A stretch of DNA of 64,000 nucleotides from Zancudomyces culisetae HAW-14-8 (Eukaryota > Fungi > Kickxellomycota): assembly GCA_052426225.1 (NCBI GenBank), contig JBNJNM010000007.1, positions 744,001-808,000 on the forward strand, in the 5' to 3' direction. Positions 50,158 through 61,699 of this stretch are shown piece by piece. The notes beneath the pieces were generated by a model. The model made no database searches. It had not been told where the DNA came from and saw only the letters and a program-made list of their open reading frames with translations. The position numbers and the translations under genes were made by a program. Each line of letters starts with the position of its first letter. The first letter of the stretch is position 1.

Positions 50158-51502
50158 ATGGATGCACAACGGAAAAAGGTCCTGTCTGGGTTTCGAAAAA
50201 AGGTAGTCGAGCACCAAGAATGGGAGCAGAAACTCAAGGATGGTAAGTATGAATCCCACTACTTGTGATTGTTTGCTTGAGCCAGTAGACATTTGAACGA
50301 GTTGCTAACAAAATGCTAATTTAAATGAATAGCTCGAGAAATGGTCAAGGAATTGGAGAGGGATTACAATAAATCAGAAGATGATTTAAAGGCCTTGCAA
50401 AGTGCAGGGCAGATTGTAGGAGAGGTGTTTAAAAAGCTAGATGATGAACGCTGTAAGTAACAGAACCCTTGCATTGATAGTTATAAACATGCTTAAATTG
50501 AAATAAATTAAATATACTTGAAATATCGGTGAAATAGATATTGTAAAGGCATCCACAGGACCTCGGTATGTAGTTGGATGTAGAAACAAAATAAATCGAG
50601 ACGAGCTCAAGCAAGGAAGCCGTGTGGCACTCGATATTACAACACTGACGATTATGCGCAAGCTTCCACGCGAAGTCGATCCACTAGTATACAACATGAG
50701 CACAGAAAAGCCCGACAACGTATCGTTTGCAGGAGTTGGAGGGTTGTCCAACCAAATCCGCGAGCTGCGAGAGGTGATAGAACTCCCATTGGTAAATCCA
50801 GAGCTATTTCTGCGAGTAGGTATCAACCCACCCAAAGGTGTACTGCTGTACGGACCACCAGGAACAGGCAAAACAATGTTGGCAAAAGCGGTGGCAAACA
50901 CTTTGGAAACGAATTTCCTCAAGGTGGTGAGCAGTGCAATTGTGGACAAGTATATTGGCGAGAGCTCGCGGTTAATTCGAGAGATGTTTGGTTATGCACG
51001 TGACCATGAACCATGCATTATTTTTATGGATGAGATTGATGCAATTGGTGGTCGTCGGTTTTCAGAAGGTACATCAGCAGATCGTGAAATCCAACGTACA
51101 TTGATGGAGTTGCTGAACCAGATGGATGGCTTTGACTACCTGGGCAAAACAAAAATCATTATGGCTACCAACCGACCAGACACTCTTGACCCAGCTCTGC
51201 TAAGACCTGGTCGTTTGGATCGTAAAATTGAAATTCCATTGCCTAACGAGCAAGGGCGAACAGAAATCCTTAAAATCCATGCGGCACCAATAGCCAAGCA
51301 CGGCGAAATTGATTATGAGGCTGTTGTCAAGTTGAGTGAAGGATTTAATGGTGCGGATTTGCGAAATGTGTGTACGGAAGCCGGAATGTTTGCGATACGA
51401 GCTGAGCGTGACTATGTAGTTCAAAGCGACTTTATGGAAGCAGTGAGAAAGGTTTCAGATGCCAAAAAACTGGAATCCAAGCTTGACTACGAAAAACTTT
51501 AG
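50158..51502 (+). CDS. RPT4: 26S proteasome regulatory ATPase Rpt4 (PSMC6)
   Basis: Exons 50158-50242, 50333-50452, 50538-51502. Motifs [89 protein letters not shown]. Confidence 0.98.
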
Positions 51503-52793
51503 TTACTCTCCTTTTTTCTTTTTTACTAGCCCTTTTTATTTCTACACATTATTATTCTGTTTTCTAAAGCTACGAATATGAATAAGCATGAAAAAAATCT
51601 GATATCATTGTGTGATTCTACAGAAGATACCCCACATCTACTTAAAGCTGTTGCCTATTGTCGTTATTTTACTTGGGAATTTTTGTACTTTTTCAAGTGA
51701 CTATGCAAATCCGAATCAAATTGACTATTTTAAATAAGGAATACAAGTATAGATCGTGGGTGAAGTCTGAAGAGTTAAAAAATGATTTATAAGCCAACTT
51801 TAATTCATAATTTATGTATAACCATTACTAAGGGATTAATTGCTTATACATTTTTAATAAAGTGGTTTGGTCTCTAATCAGAATATTGATCGAAGAGTAT
51901 TTGTATTTTTACGCTTATGCGTCTCATCAATTCAGAAATGCGGACCGTCAAAGTTCGATTAATGAGTTTCTTGAACATTAACAGCACCATTCTCAAGTAG
52001 GTATATATAATTTGACATGTATCTCTTGTTCAAAGTAAATAAAAAGGTGAGGTTTTTTGCTTAATAGGTTCAGCTTGCAGCATAAAATTTCTACCAAAAG
52101 CTCACAACATTGCAGCAAAATTAGAAATATTGTTTATGTTTTTTAGCTTCTAATTTTATGCTCTTTATACCACGGAACTCAACTCCCCCCTACATTTGGA
52201 GAAAAATAAAAGATACCTTGTTTATAGAATTTGAAAAAGATCCCAACCATTCAAGAACAGGTTTCGGGGTGTTAATACTTAAAACTATCGCTTTTTTCCG
52301 AGTTGCTTTTTTAGAGAAATGAATTTGCTATACCCAACTTTCGGCCAATCTCTGGTTTTTTGTTTATTGAAATGTTTTCTTTATATTACCCGTTGTGGCA
52401 TATTATTCTAGACATTATTATCGGTTTGGGGAGAGAAGAAAAAAGAGGAGAAAGAGGAAGAGGGAAAGGAAAGTTCTGCTCCGCTGAAATACGGCAATGA
52501 GAACCATATATGCAGCACGGATACTAAAACGCTCAACAATTACGAATGCTAACCTTTCTAACTTGGCTTATGCAGACCAAAATAAATAAATAAATAAATA
52601 AATAATATCAGAAATGATTTTATCCGAACCAATTTCAACTTTGTACAATCCAAGTAGTTATATAGGAAGAGTATATAACCTAAACTCATTTCCACTGTCC
52701 ATGTTGTCATCAATTCTGTTTAAATTTCTTTAGTACAATATTAAACTATATATGTTTGAAAACAAAAACTAAATATATTCTATTCACTACATA

Positions 52794-55700
52794 ATGGAAA
52801 ACAACAACAAAGGCAGTAGTTTTTTCAACAAACTTTCACCAAATATCTTATCAACAATATTTGTATTTGCCCAAAACCCCCAGCTATCATTAGTAAACAG
52901 AAATATGTACTATGCTTGACAACAGGTGAACACAGTTAGCAAGTACATTCTTCAGTATGCTTTATCTAACATTAAAGACGGTTTCGAGCCCAGTTTAAAG
53001 CAAATATTTGAGAAATACACTAGAATAATTATGGATGAAACTGTTGGCATGCTAGTGCTAAGAAAACTTAAAAATATGAACTACGGATTTTTTTTGGGAC
53101 TGGCGTTGGAGTATGGATGGAAGAACATACTAAATAAACTGCTCAAAATGTATTTAATAATTGATAGGAATACATCAACAGTTGTATATAAGGGTACTTT
53201 ATTCATGAACGAGAGTGAATACCTAGATATTGATATTGATGATTTGTTTTCGGAAGAGAACACAGCACAAAGGGAGGTAACAGACATCAAAATATCTGGA
53301 AATCTTTATATCAGACCACTATTTACGATAGGTGAGAGTCTGGGGATAGTAATAGGAGCTGTGCTTACAACTTTTGGAAATGAGGATATTAAAGCACTGG
53401 TAAATTTCTGCAGATCAAGAATTGAAATTCCTACAGAAGTACTTGGCTTTGTTGAAAAAGAAGCTAGATATATTGATAGCAAGGGTATTAAGTATTTAAT
53501 ATTGATGACTGCAGATAGGGTCTGCAATTTTAACAACCCCGAATTACTAAAAATGGTATTGGATTTAAAGCTCAGTATAGACATCTCTATTCAAGAAATG
53601 GAATTACTTGAAACTAGGGGTGGATTTTCATTATTCCATCTCATTGCTTTTCTCAAGGATTTTGGATATACTACTAGAGTGGATTTGTTGGTTTATATTT
53701 CATTTTTATACTACTTGGTTTTGTATCAAAAAAAAGAACTGATAGATTTCTTGGAGAATAGCTACCCCGATAAAGCTTGTCAACAAATATTGTTCGATAT
53801 GGTGATATTTCATAATAATGTGAATTTGGTGGAAGAGTATTTTTTCAAAGTAGAGTCAAACTCAGCGAATATTATAAAGGTAACAGATATGGCGTATAGA
53901 TGTGATCGTGAGGATCTCATAAGATTTCTTTTAAACAACAGTGATAAACTAAAAAGCGATTTAGATGAAAATGCTGTTATGACAGCCATAGCAAAAAATA
54001 ACTATGAGTTTACAAAAGAAATCATCGATAAGTATCCAAAATCAGTGAGTATTGCCTGCTTAAAAACAGCAGTGGAATTTGATGGAGTCAGAATCCCCAA
54101 ACTGATTATCGATGCTGGAGTGGATTTAACATCACCAGAATTTGAGGGAATTGCGATTGCAAGCAGAAATAAGAACATAGATATGCTACAACTATTGTTG
54201 GAAAGTGGTGCTACTGTTGGATTATTGGACTCGCCGGATGTTTCGGAACTGTGCAGCATTAAAAACCATGAAGTGGCACAACACCTAATAGAACTATTTG
54301 GTAAAGATAAGGCTCGAGCAAAGATTCCAGAAATGGATGCCAAGGCTGGAACGAGGCTAAAATTTAACAAAACGCTGCTATGCCTGATTGGAGTATGTCC
54401 AAGCCATACTGGAATTGGTGATATCCACGGTTTTGACTTTGATGAGTATTTTTCATATATGAATTTAAATGAAAAAATACTAATGATGGTTAATTCAACA
54501 GAAAAAGTTATGAAAACTACCATTGATTCACATATAAAAAACAATCCCCATTGGCTAAGAATGCGTGTCGATTCAAGAGCTTACTTTTATAAGTTGTCTG
54601 AAATTATATATTATATCATAGCAAACAATCTGCAAAGTACACTAGAGGTCACTGGGAAAGATGAGGCCATTAATATTAAACAAGAAATCGAGAAAGGGGT
54701 ATTGAATGACATACATTATGAGATAGCAAAATCAGAATTGGTGAACCGAAACTTTACAATAATAAAACTATTGATAGAATATGGAATGATGGATGTCAAT
54801 GTGAATGTGAATGATAGTTTAATTCTGAAAACAGCATACAAAGCAGGTGATATGAACTGGATAAAGTATTTTATTGGTAAAGGTGCAGAACTAAGCAGTG
54901 AATCGGATGGTTTTGAAGAAGCATGTAGATCAGATAACGTCGAAGTGTTTAAACACTGGATAAAGAATGGTGGTGTGGTGCCCAAGAATCCAGGATATTC
55001 TTGTATTAACAATGCGTGTTTATTGGGAAACTATAGTATGGTTGAATTGTTGGTTGAAAGTGGTGTTGACTTGAGTGATCCAGAACGGAATGGAGTCAGA
55101 ATTGCTTGTAGATTGGGGCTCAAAAGAATATTAAAATATCTCTTGGCTAATAATGCTGTGGTAGGAGATATTTGTATTTGCTATTTAGAGCGAGCATGTA
55201 TAAATGATGATATTGAGTTGATAAAAATGTTTCTTGAATATTATGTTGGTTTGGGAGTTTTAGAAAGAAGGAACAACTCCGGTACCAAGGACGGAGAAGA
55301 ATTAAAAAGTTTTTCTAGTTTGAACAATGAAAACCCTGATCGATTTGAGGAATACAAAACTATCAGAACCTTACTTGAAAAGGGTAAACCTATCAGGAAT
55401 GATGATTTAATAGATGTAATGGAAAAAGCGATTAGAGCAGAAAGTTTTGATATCCTGAAGCTGCTTTTGACCTACGAAATTGATTTCGATCGTTCTTTTA
55501 GAATAATTGAGACTGCCGTAAAAAAAGAAAATATTGGGATGGTGGAATTGTTATTAAAGAATGGATATGATGTTGAAGAAGATTCATGTATTTTAGAAAT
55601 AGCAATCGAAATACGAAACAATCAAATTTTCAAATTGTTATTGGAACACGGAGCAGAAATATCAAGAGAATCGTCTTATTTAAAGAATTTTGATTTAGAT

Positions 55701-56222
55701 GACGTCAAAACACTACAGCTATTGATTTCGCATTGTCCTTATATTGGTGGTGATTGCAAATTACTCCGAACCGGTATTGAGAATAACAAGTTAGAGGCAG
55801 TAAAATTGATTTTGAAAGATACAGGTACACTTGATACCGATGATTATAATTACGTACTTGCGGCTTGTATAAATAATAATATAGAGATTCTGAGAATATT
55901 GTTTGAGAAGGGAGCAAAGATTAAAAAAGGATATAAGAGCGGAGTGATTCAGGCCTGTGAGAATAATAACCTGGAAATGTTGAAACTATTATTTGAAAGA
56001 AATCCGAATTTGGTGCTAAAAAAAGAGTATGGATTGAAGGAAGCATGCTACCATGAAAATGTAGAGATGGTCAGCTTGTTGATAAAGTATGATGCTGATA
56101 CAAGTAATCATATTGAATCAATAATGAAGGTTGCGATTGCACTAAATAATTACGGTTTGATTGATTACTGTCGGGCTAAGTTGAGAGAATACAAAAAGAG
56201 CAAAACTGAGATAAACGAGTAA
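52794..56222 (+). CDS. Ankyrin-repeat protein with N-terminal F-box-like motif; in-frame TGA at 52917-52919
   Basis: ATG at 52794 is in frame with ORF 52926-56222: MENNNKGSSFFNKLSPNILSTIFVFAQNPQLSLVNRNMYYA*QQVNTVSKY. Many ankyrin-like units follow (ACLLGNYSMVELLVESGVD; AVKKENIGMVELLLKNGYD; ACYHENVEMVSLLIKYDAD). Confidence 0.85.
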
Positions 56223-57407
56223 AATCATTAATTGGAATATAAATTTTTTTTGATTATCGGATATAGAGTAGTGAATTATGTGATTCCAACACCACATTCC
56301 CCCTTACCTCAACACTTACTATCACCTTAAAAGTTTCGAAGTAGTCTATTTACTATTAGTAATGTAAATCTTTTTTTTACAAAATTTATTTATACTAATT
56401 AAATACAAATTATTTCAAAGGATATTAAGCATTTTCTCATTCCAAAAATCATTCCCAAACCCTCAAAATAGTATGACTAAAAGATCTTACGAAGTTTAAT
56501 TATAGTTTGATTGAATGTATGAAAACTAATAATAATTGTACAAAGTAGAATAATACACTAGATCCAAAGCCACCCACCCACCCATTACCTGCTCAAAAAG
56601 GCGTAATGAGTGCACAGTGAGTGCAAAATGGAGCATTCGTTAGTTCTCACGTACAGTGAAGATTATCAAAATGCTACCGCATTCTTTATTTATTTAGATT
56701 CAAAAAAAAATTTCACAAAATTGAAATTTTTTTAGCCAACCAAATTGTCTTACATATTTTTTCTGCAAATTGGTTGCGTATTTTGAAATTAAATAAGATG
56801 ACATATACACATCTAGTGTATTTTTCCGATTGAAGTACAATAAAAAATACGTGGAAGTGATATACAACCTAATTTGAATATTCATTTTAATAGTAGATGG
56901 AGATGGTAAGATTGAGAATATACCTCAGAGTGATATCAATAGTATGTGTGTAATTTTATTAGTTATTAATCGAACCTTCAAAGCTAAACGTTTTAATTTT
57001 ATTCAAAACGCTGTCGAATTTCACTTTTATTAATATCGTTTTTTTTCTTGGCACTTGGTACACTTGATCTTCTGCAAAAGAGATATTTTGCCAAGTTCTG
57101 AACTTGAAATGTTTATTTAATCTGATTGATAATGTTCATAAGTAAAACTAGAAAACTAGGCTAAACTAAACATTTTTGTAAAGTCTGTCGTTCTATGTGG
57201 GTTTAATCTGTTTTTTATATTGTCTTTGGATGAAACGGCCATTTTATAACCAAATTATAAATGTAGGAAAAGAATGTATATTTTATGGATGTGTTTGTTT
57301 ATTATCCAAAAAAATGAGTCTGGTGGAGACCCAAGGTTTCATTTAATAAATATCCATAACAGATATTATAAATAAACTCACATAAATAAATTAAATAAAA
57401 ACAAAAT

Positions 57408-57784
57408 ATGGAGTCTTGAATGAGACATATCATTGATAGACTCAATAAAATAATTGTAAAAAACCAACTGTCAACTTCAAGATTGCCATTGGGATCACAT
57501 GTCACGACCAGAAAAGAGCCATTGGAGCCCGAAGTGTAACATGTTTTGGTCACTTTAATCCTGACAGTAAAAGAATATTTATACAGATCTGGGTACACGG
57601 AGCAGGAGAGAAACAAGGTTTACAAAGGGTACTAAAAACAAGACCATGAAGTGTAAACCGGCAAATATCAATCAGATGGTCGGTCAGGCAAAAGAAATTG
57701 GAAGCCAACCTATACAAGATCCAGGCGGTGTTGGCACAGCTCATCAATTCAATCGATGCCATGGTATATGGAATTAGCCAGTAG
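57408..57784 (+). pseudogene. Decayed coding remnant, possibly gag of a DIRS/Ngaro-type retroelement
   Basis: Island of higher GC content with an ATG-started frame broken by several stops and a frame change. It ends in EANLYKIQAVLAQLINSIDAMVY, which recalls the LYxIQxxLAxxxRPID motif of fungal DIRS-like gag proteins (memory-based). Confidence 0.35.
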
Positions 57785-58533
57785 GATTTATTTATCATTT
57801 TACTAGCGATTATTTTAGCGTGCAACAAATTAATATATCAACATCAAATCTTTTAATCTAGTTTACCTAGCACAAATACCTATTAGGTAAATTCTATCAT
57901 AACAGAATAAAGATTCCGACACACCAATTTATTATGAAAACTTTCACAATTGCAAATTATGTTATTGTGGTTTATTTAGTTTCGACTTTGCCAGAGACTT
58001 ATCATGTAAACATGCATTCCATCAAAGTTGTGCGGATTGGTATCTAAATAATGTATCCAAAATGTGTCCAGTTTGCAAGATAGATTTAAAATACGAGGCA
58101 AACATGGTAGTAAGCCTACAGCATCCAAAGGTTTAGAAAGTATGTGCTGTTTTTTCTTTTATTTAACTTTGCACATTTAATACACCAGAAAGCCAGAATC
58201 TGAAACCGTTTGATTTTTTTAATTATTGAATTTTTTAGGGATGTAGTTGATTGTTTATATATATTTATATATATGTAGGTTAGATAAATAGGGTTCATGT
58301 ATTATTTAGAATTAGAAATACACTACAATAGTAGTAAAAAATTATGTGATGTAACAAAAAGGTTTTCCCGAAAAAACATATATATAATGTTACACATTTA
58401 AAAAGGGAGATAAAAAGATGCAACTCTGGTACAATATACATTGAGTCGTCTTTTACTGCCAGTATCGAAATAAGACAATGCTAGATTGCGAATTCTGAGC
58501 TAGTGTGTTTTCTTTTTTAAAAATCAAGCCAAA

Positions 58534-59623
58534 TCACGAACTATCTTTGTCCAGCAAGTTACTTAACCGTTCTAATGTCGCCTAAGTATCACAATAAACG
58601 GTGCACACCAAAAATTTATTTAAGATACTACAGGAAATAAATTGAGGAGAACAAAGTATATATGCTTACCTTCCCCGCCTCTGTTAATTTATCGATATCA
58701 CAAGGATCGGTAAAGTAAGAGGCTTCAGTTTCATTGAGTACTTCTAAAGGTGAAATTTTTAAAACAGACGAATCACCACTATCTGTGTTAAAGTCGCCTT
58801 CTCCTATTGAAGAATCGTTTGTTTTATGAACTAAGGATTCCATCCCATACTCATAATTATACTCAATACCTGAATCTTTTTGGACTTGACAAAAATCATC
58901 ATTTGGAGCACAAGTATCTGAAAATGCTTGGTTATTCTGGTAATCCAAAAGGTCTTGGGGATCGGAAAAAAATGGTGGAAGAAGGGATATTGCTTTGCAT
59001 AAAGAAGTGTAGAGCTCATCAACTATTATGGTATTCCATGTTTTAGCAATTGAAAGCTCAAACTGTATTTTTCTGCTACTCTATAAATACAATTAAAATC
59101 GACTGACATAAAAAGTGGACTTACGCTTGTTCAAATCCTGATAAAAAATAAACAATTCAGAAAATTGAATTTCCTACTCGAGATTTTGATCCCAGGAATT
59201 ATCCGCACTCTCGTTCTCATTGTATGAGCCATTTAGACTTTCGACATTTATGCTTTCCTTGCTGCCTGAAGGGTGGGAATCCTCTTGAGAAGCATTGTTA
59301 AAAACAGAGGATGAGAATGAGAGCTCTAGTTGTAAATAGATGCAATCTCCCAGATTACTTTCGTTCTCGGAATCTACTTCATCCTGTTTTGATGATTTTG
59401 CGTACAAAGCAATAGAGTCGTAGGCAATGCTAAATCCAGAGCTTTGAGCAGCTGAAAAAACAACTAGGTGTGTTGCTGTTATATATACAGACAGCGGTTC
59501 CTTGGCAATTGTAAACGTTGGTCTTATTCGTACATCACTTAATGAATGCCTGGGCATGTCGCTTTCATTACTTAGGCTACCTGCTATGAATTCCGGACTA
59601 TTGTTTAGAATCGTGAACGACAT
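58534..59623 (-). CDS. ICln/pICln (CLNS1A, Lot5) methylosome subunit; in-frame TAG at 59174-59176
   Basis: Exons 59623-59125, 59022-58670, 58581-58534. Voldacs/PH features VYITATHLVVF, GFSIAYDSIALYA, CIYLQLE, ELFIFYQD, LDELYTSLCKAISLLP, and C-terminal LTEAGK/ATLERLSNLL (ICln LTxEGxATLERLExML). Confidence 0.85.
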
Positions 59624-61699
59624 TTTTCCTTTCAATTTTTCACGTTTTGCAGTATTTCTTGCACCAAACTTGAATATTTGACAAGTTGATAATTCAGGAA
59701 TAAAACAGTTGAACTGAGTGAGTATTTGATGAGGAAAGCGCTAAGCACAATTAAAAATGGTTGATGGAACCTTTCTAGCTTTGATAGCTCACTTTTAAAT
59801 TAAACAAAATTAAGCAAGGAATCCCACTAGCTTTGCCAAATCTCGATAAAATAACGAATCAAAGTTTATTTAAATTAGTTAGACTGCTTTTCATTTTTCC
59901 AAGAAAAAATAATTAAGGCTAACAACTCTGAGAAACGGCGAGTATAGGTTAGTGCTCTTAATCTCGACAGCTTTTACTAGATTTTAAATATGCACTTTAG
60001 GTAATACGAGCAACTTTTTGTCTGCTATGGTTGAGAACTTTGGCATTTATTGAAAGAAACACCAAAGATATATACCACGTTGTTAACATTTGGTTTTTAT
60101 AATAAACTCCAATCTAATTAGTGATAGCAAATAGGGTAAAATGGTTTGATAAATTAGTTCTTAATATTTTGTTTATATGTTTTAGCTTTGATAATAGGAA
60201 TTTAGAACTAAAAAAAACTGTGGAATTAGAAAAGATTAGTTAATGAAATATTATTTAGCATGTTTGAAACTGAGCTACAAACGAATCAGTTGTGTTATTC
60301 ATATTCGACCTGTGATGATTTTTGAGACTAGCTCTTTTTCTTTGTAGTTTATTTTTTACAATTGATTATTGCATATTTTGGAAAGGCATTTTGCCAATCT
60401 GTGTATCGTTCACTTCTCAGTTTGGACTTAGGTTATGAAAATTTTGACTACATCCTCTCAACCCTTTGTGACGCCTTTTTTATTATTTCTTGCAAAAAAA
60501 TCACCTGTAGATGATTCTAACAAATCACAAAACTATTTTTGGTCTCATTAAATGCGGCTCTAAATTCTTTTAATTTTACAATCTATCTAATAAATGTTTT
60601 TTGATAATTACTAGACTTTATATCACACCATTCTTTTATAAAAAAAGCTAAAAACATTAAAACCTGGTAACAATGACTATATTTTCAAGAGTAGAGACCT
60701 CGTCGGTCTCAACAACCTTCAAACGGCATGAATGATCAGCTAGAATAAAAAGTCTGAAACATGAGCTGTCATGCTTCATCGGTACCACAGGGGAAATGGA
60801 AACTGTGCAGAACGATTGCTGAAGTGGTATAACGTAATTAAATTCACAATGTACCATTTTTTCTAGATTATTTTGACTCGCTTTTCTCAACTTAGATGGT
60901 AACCAGTAAGTTGAAAAGACAGAAATACTTCAGTTTTTAAATTTTTCTTTATTTATACTTTATTATACAATTTTGAATGAGCATGTTATTTTGGTGAAAA
61001 AAACAAGCAAACCAGTTTAATTACACTGTTGTGGTATTTTTTCACATTTGCTCGTTAATTTTTCGCGAATTATATTATTTAGCTAATTTACATATTATTA
61101 CATTATAATTTCGGATCTAAAGAAATTAGAAGATCCGAAGTGAAACAAACTTTGTTGGTAGTACATAAAAATTGATAATTTTAATATCAACATTAAATTA
61201 AAATGATTTGGTCAAAATTCATCCTCACATATATCAATTTAGGTAATTTTGGAATCACTAAAAAAATTTCCGTACACTTATTTATCTTGTTTTACTTGAT
61301 GAATTATATGTTTTTAAAAAACACCTTAATTAGGTGGTGTTGGTATAAAAGTAGCAAATAAAGAACGAAATTAGAAAACATGGGTGTGAATCTAAGGAAC
61401 TGATATGAAAACTACACACAACCATTCGAAGGAATTGATGATTGGAAATCATCAAAAAATTCCAATAAGGCAAACAATTTGGGTAAATCAGTAGTTGGTA
61501 CTAGTAAAAAAAGAATAAACAAAAAAAAGAAAAATAGTATAAAAGCAGTTGAATATGAAAATTATCAAGCCGGCATTTTAAACACAAAGGCATCATACTA
61601 TCTCTAGACTTCAAACCAGAGACATCCTTTTAAATTGAATAAAGTTTTTTTTCCTAAAAAACTTTCTAGTAGGTATTAGACAACAGCAATCAAAGAGGA

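Noticed and set aside
52917-59176. Genome-wide stop-codon reassignment
   Set aside because: TAA, TAG and TGA all terminate conserved genes at the expected positions (RPT4, ABD1, ARC18 end in TAG; KAT14-like, PRP21, ICln end in TGA).
59968-59985. U5 snRNA loop-1-like GCTTTTACTAGA, and U2-like AAGTGTAGTAT at ~26676
   Set aside because: Imperfect matches lacking flanking stems and Sm sites.
60694-60710. Inverted BsaI sites GAGACC-N5-GGTCTC (vector-like)
   Set aside because: Single short palindrome with no surrounding vector sequence.
60672-60837. Short + strand frame with two in-frame TGAs, ending ..NDC*SGIT, considered as a selenoprotein
   Set aside because: No recognisable selenoprotein family motif or SECIS, and it is the antisense of another short ORF. 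Probably chance.
61110-61139. 9-bp hairpin ttcggatct..agatccgaa (Helitron end or terminator?)
   Set aside because: No CTRR terminus at the expected spacing and no second copy noticed.
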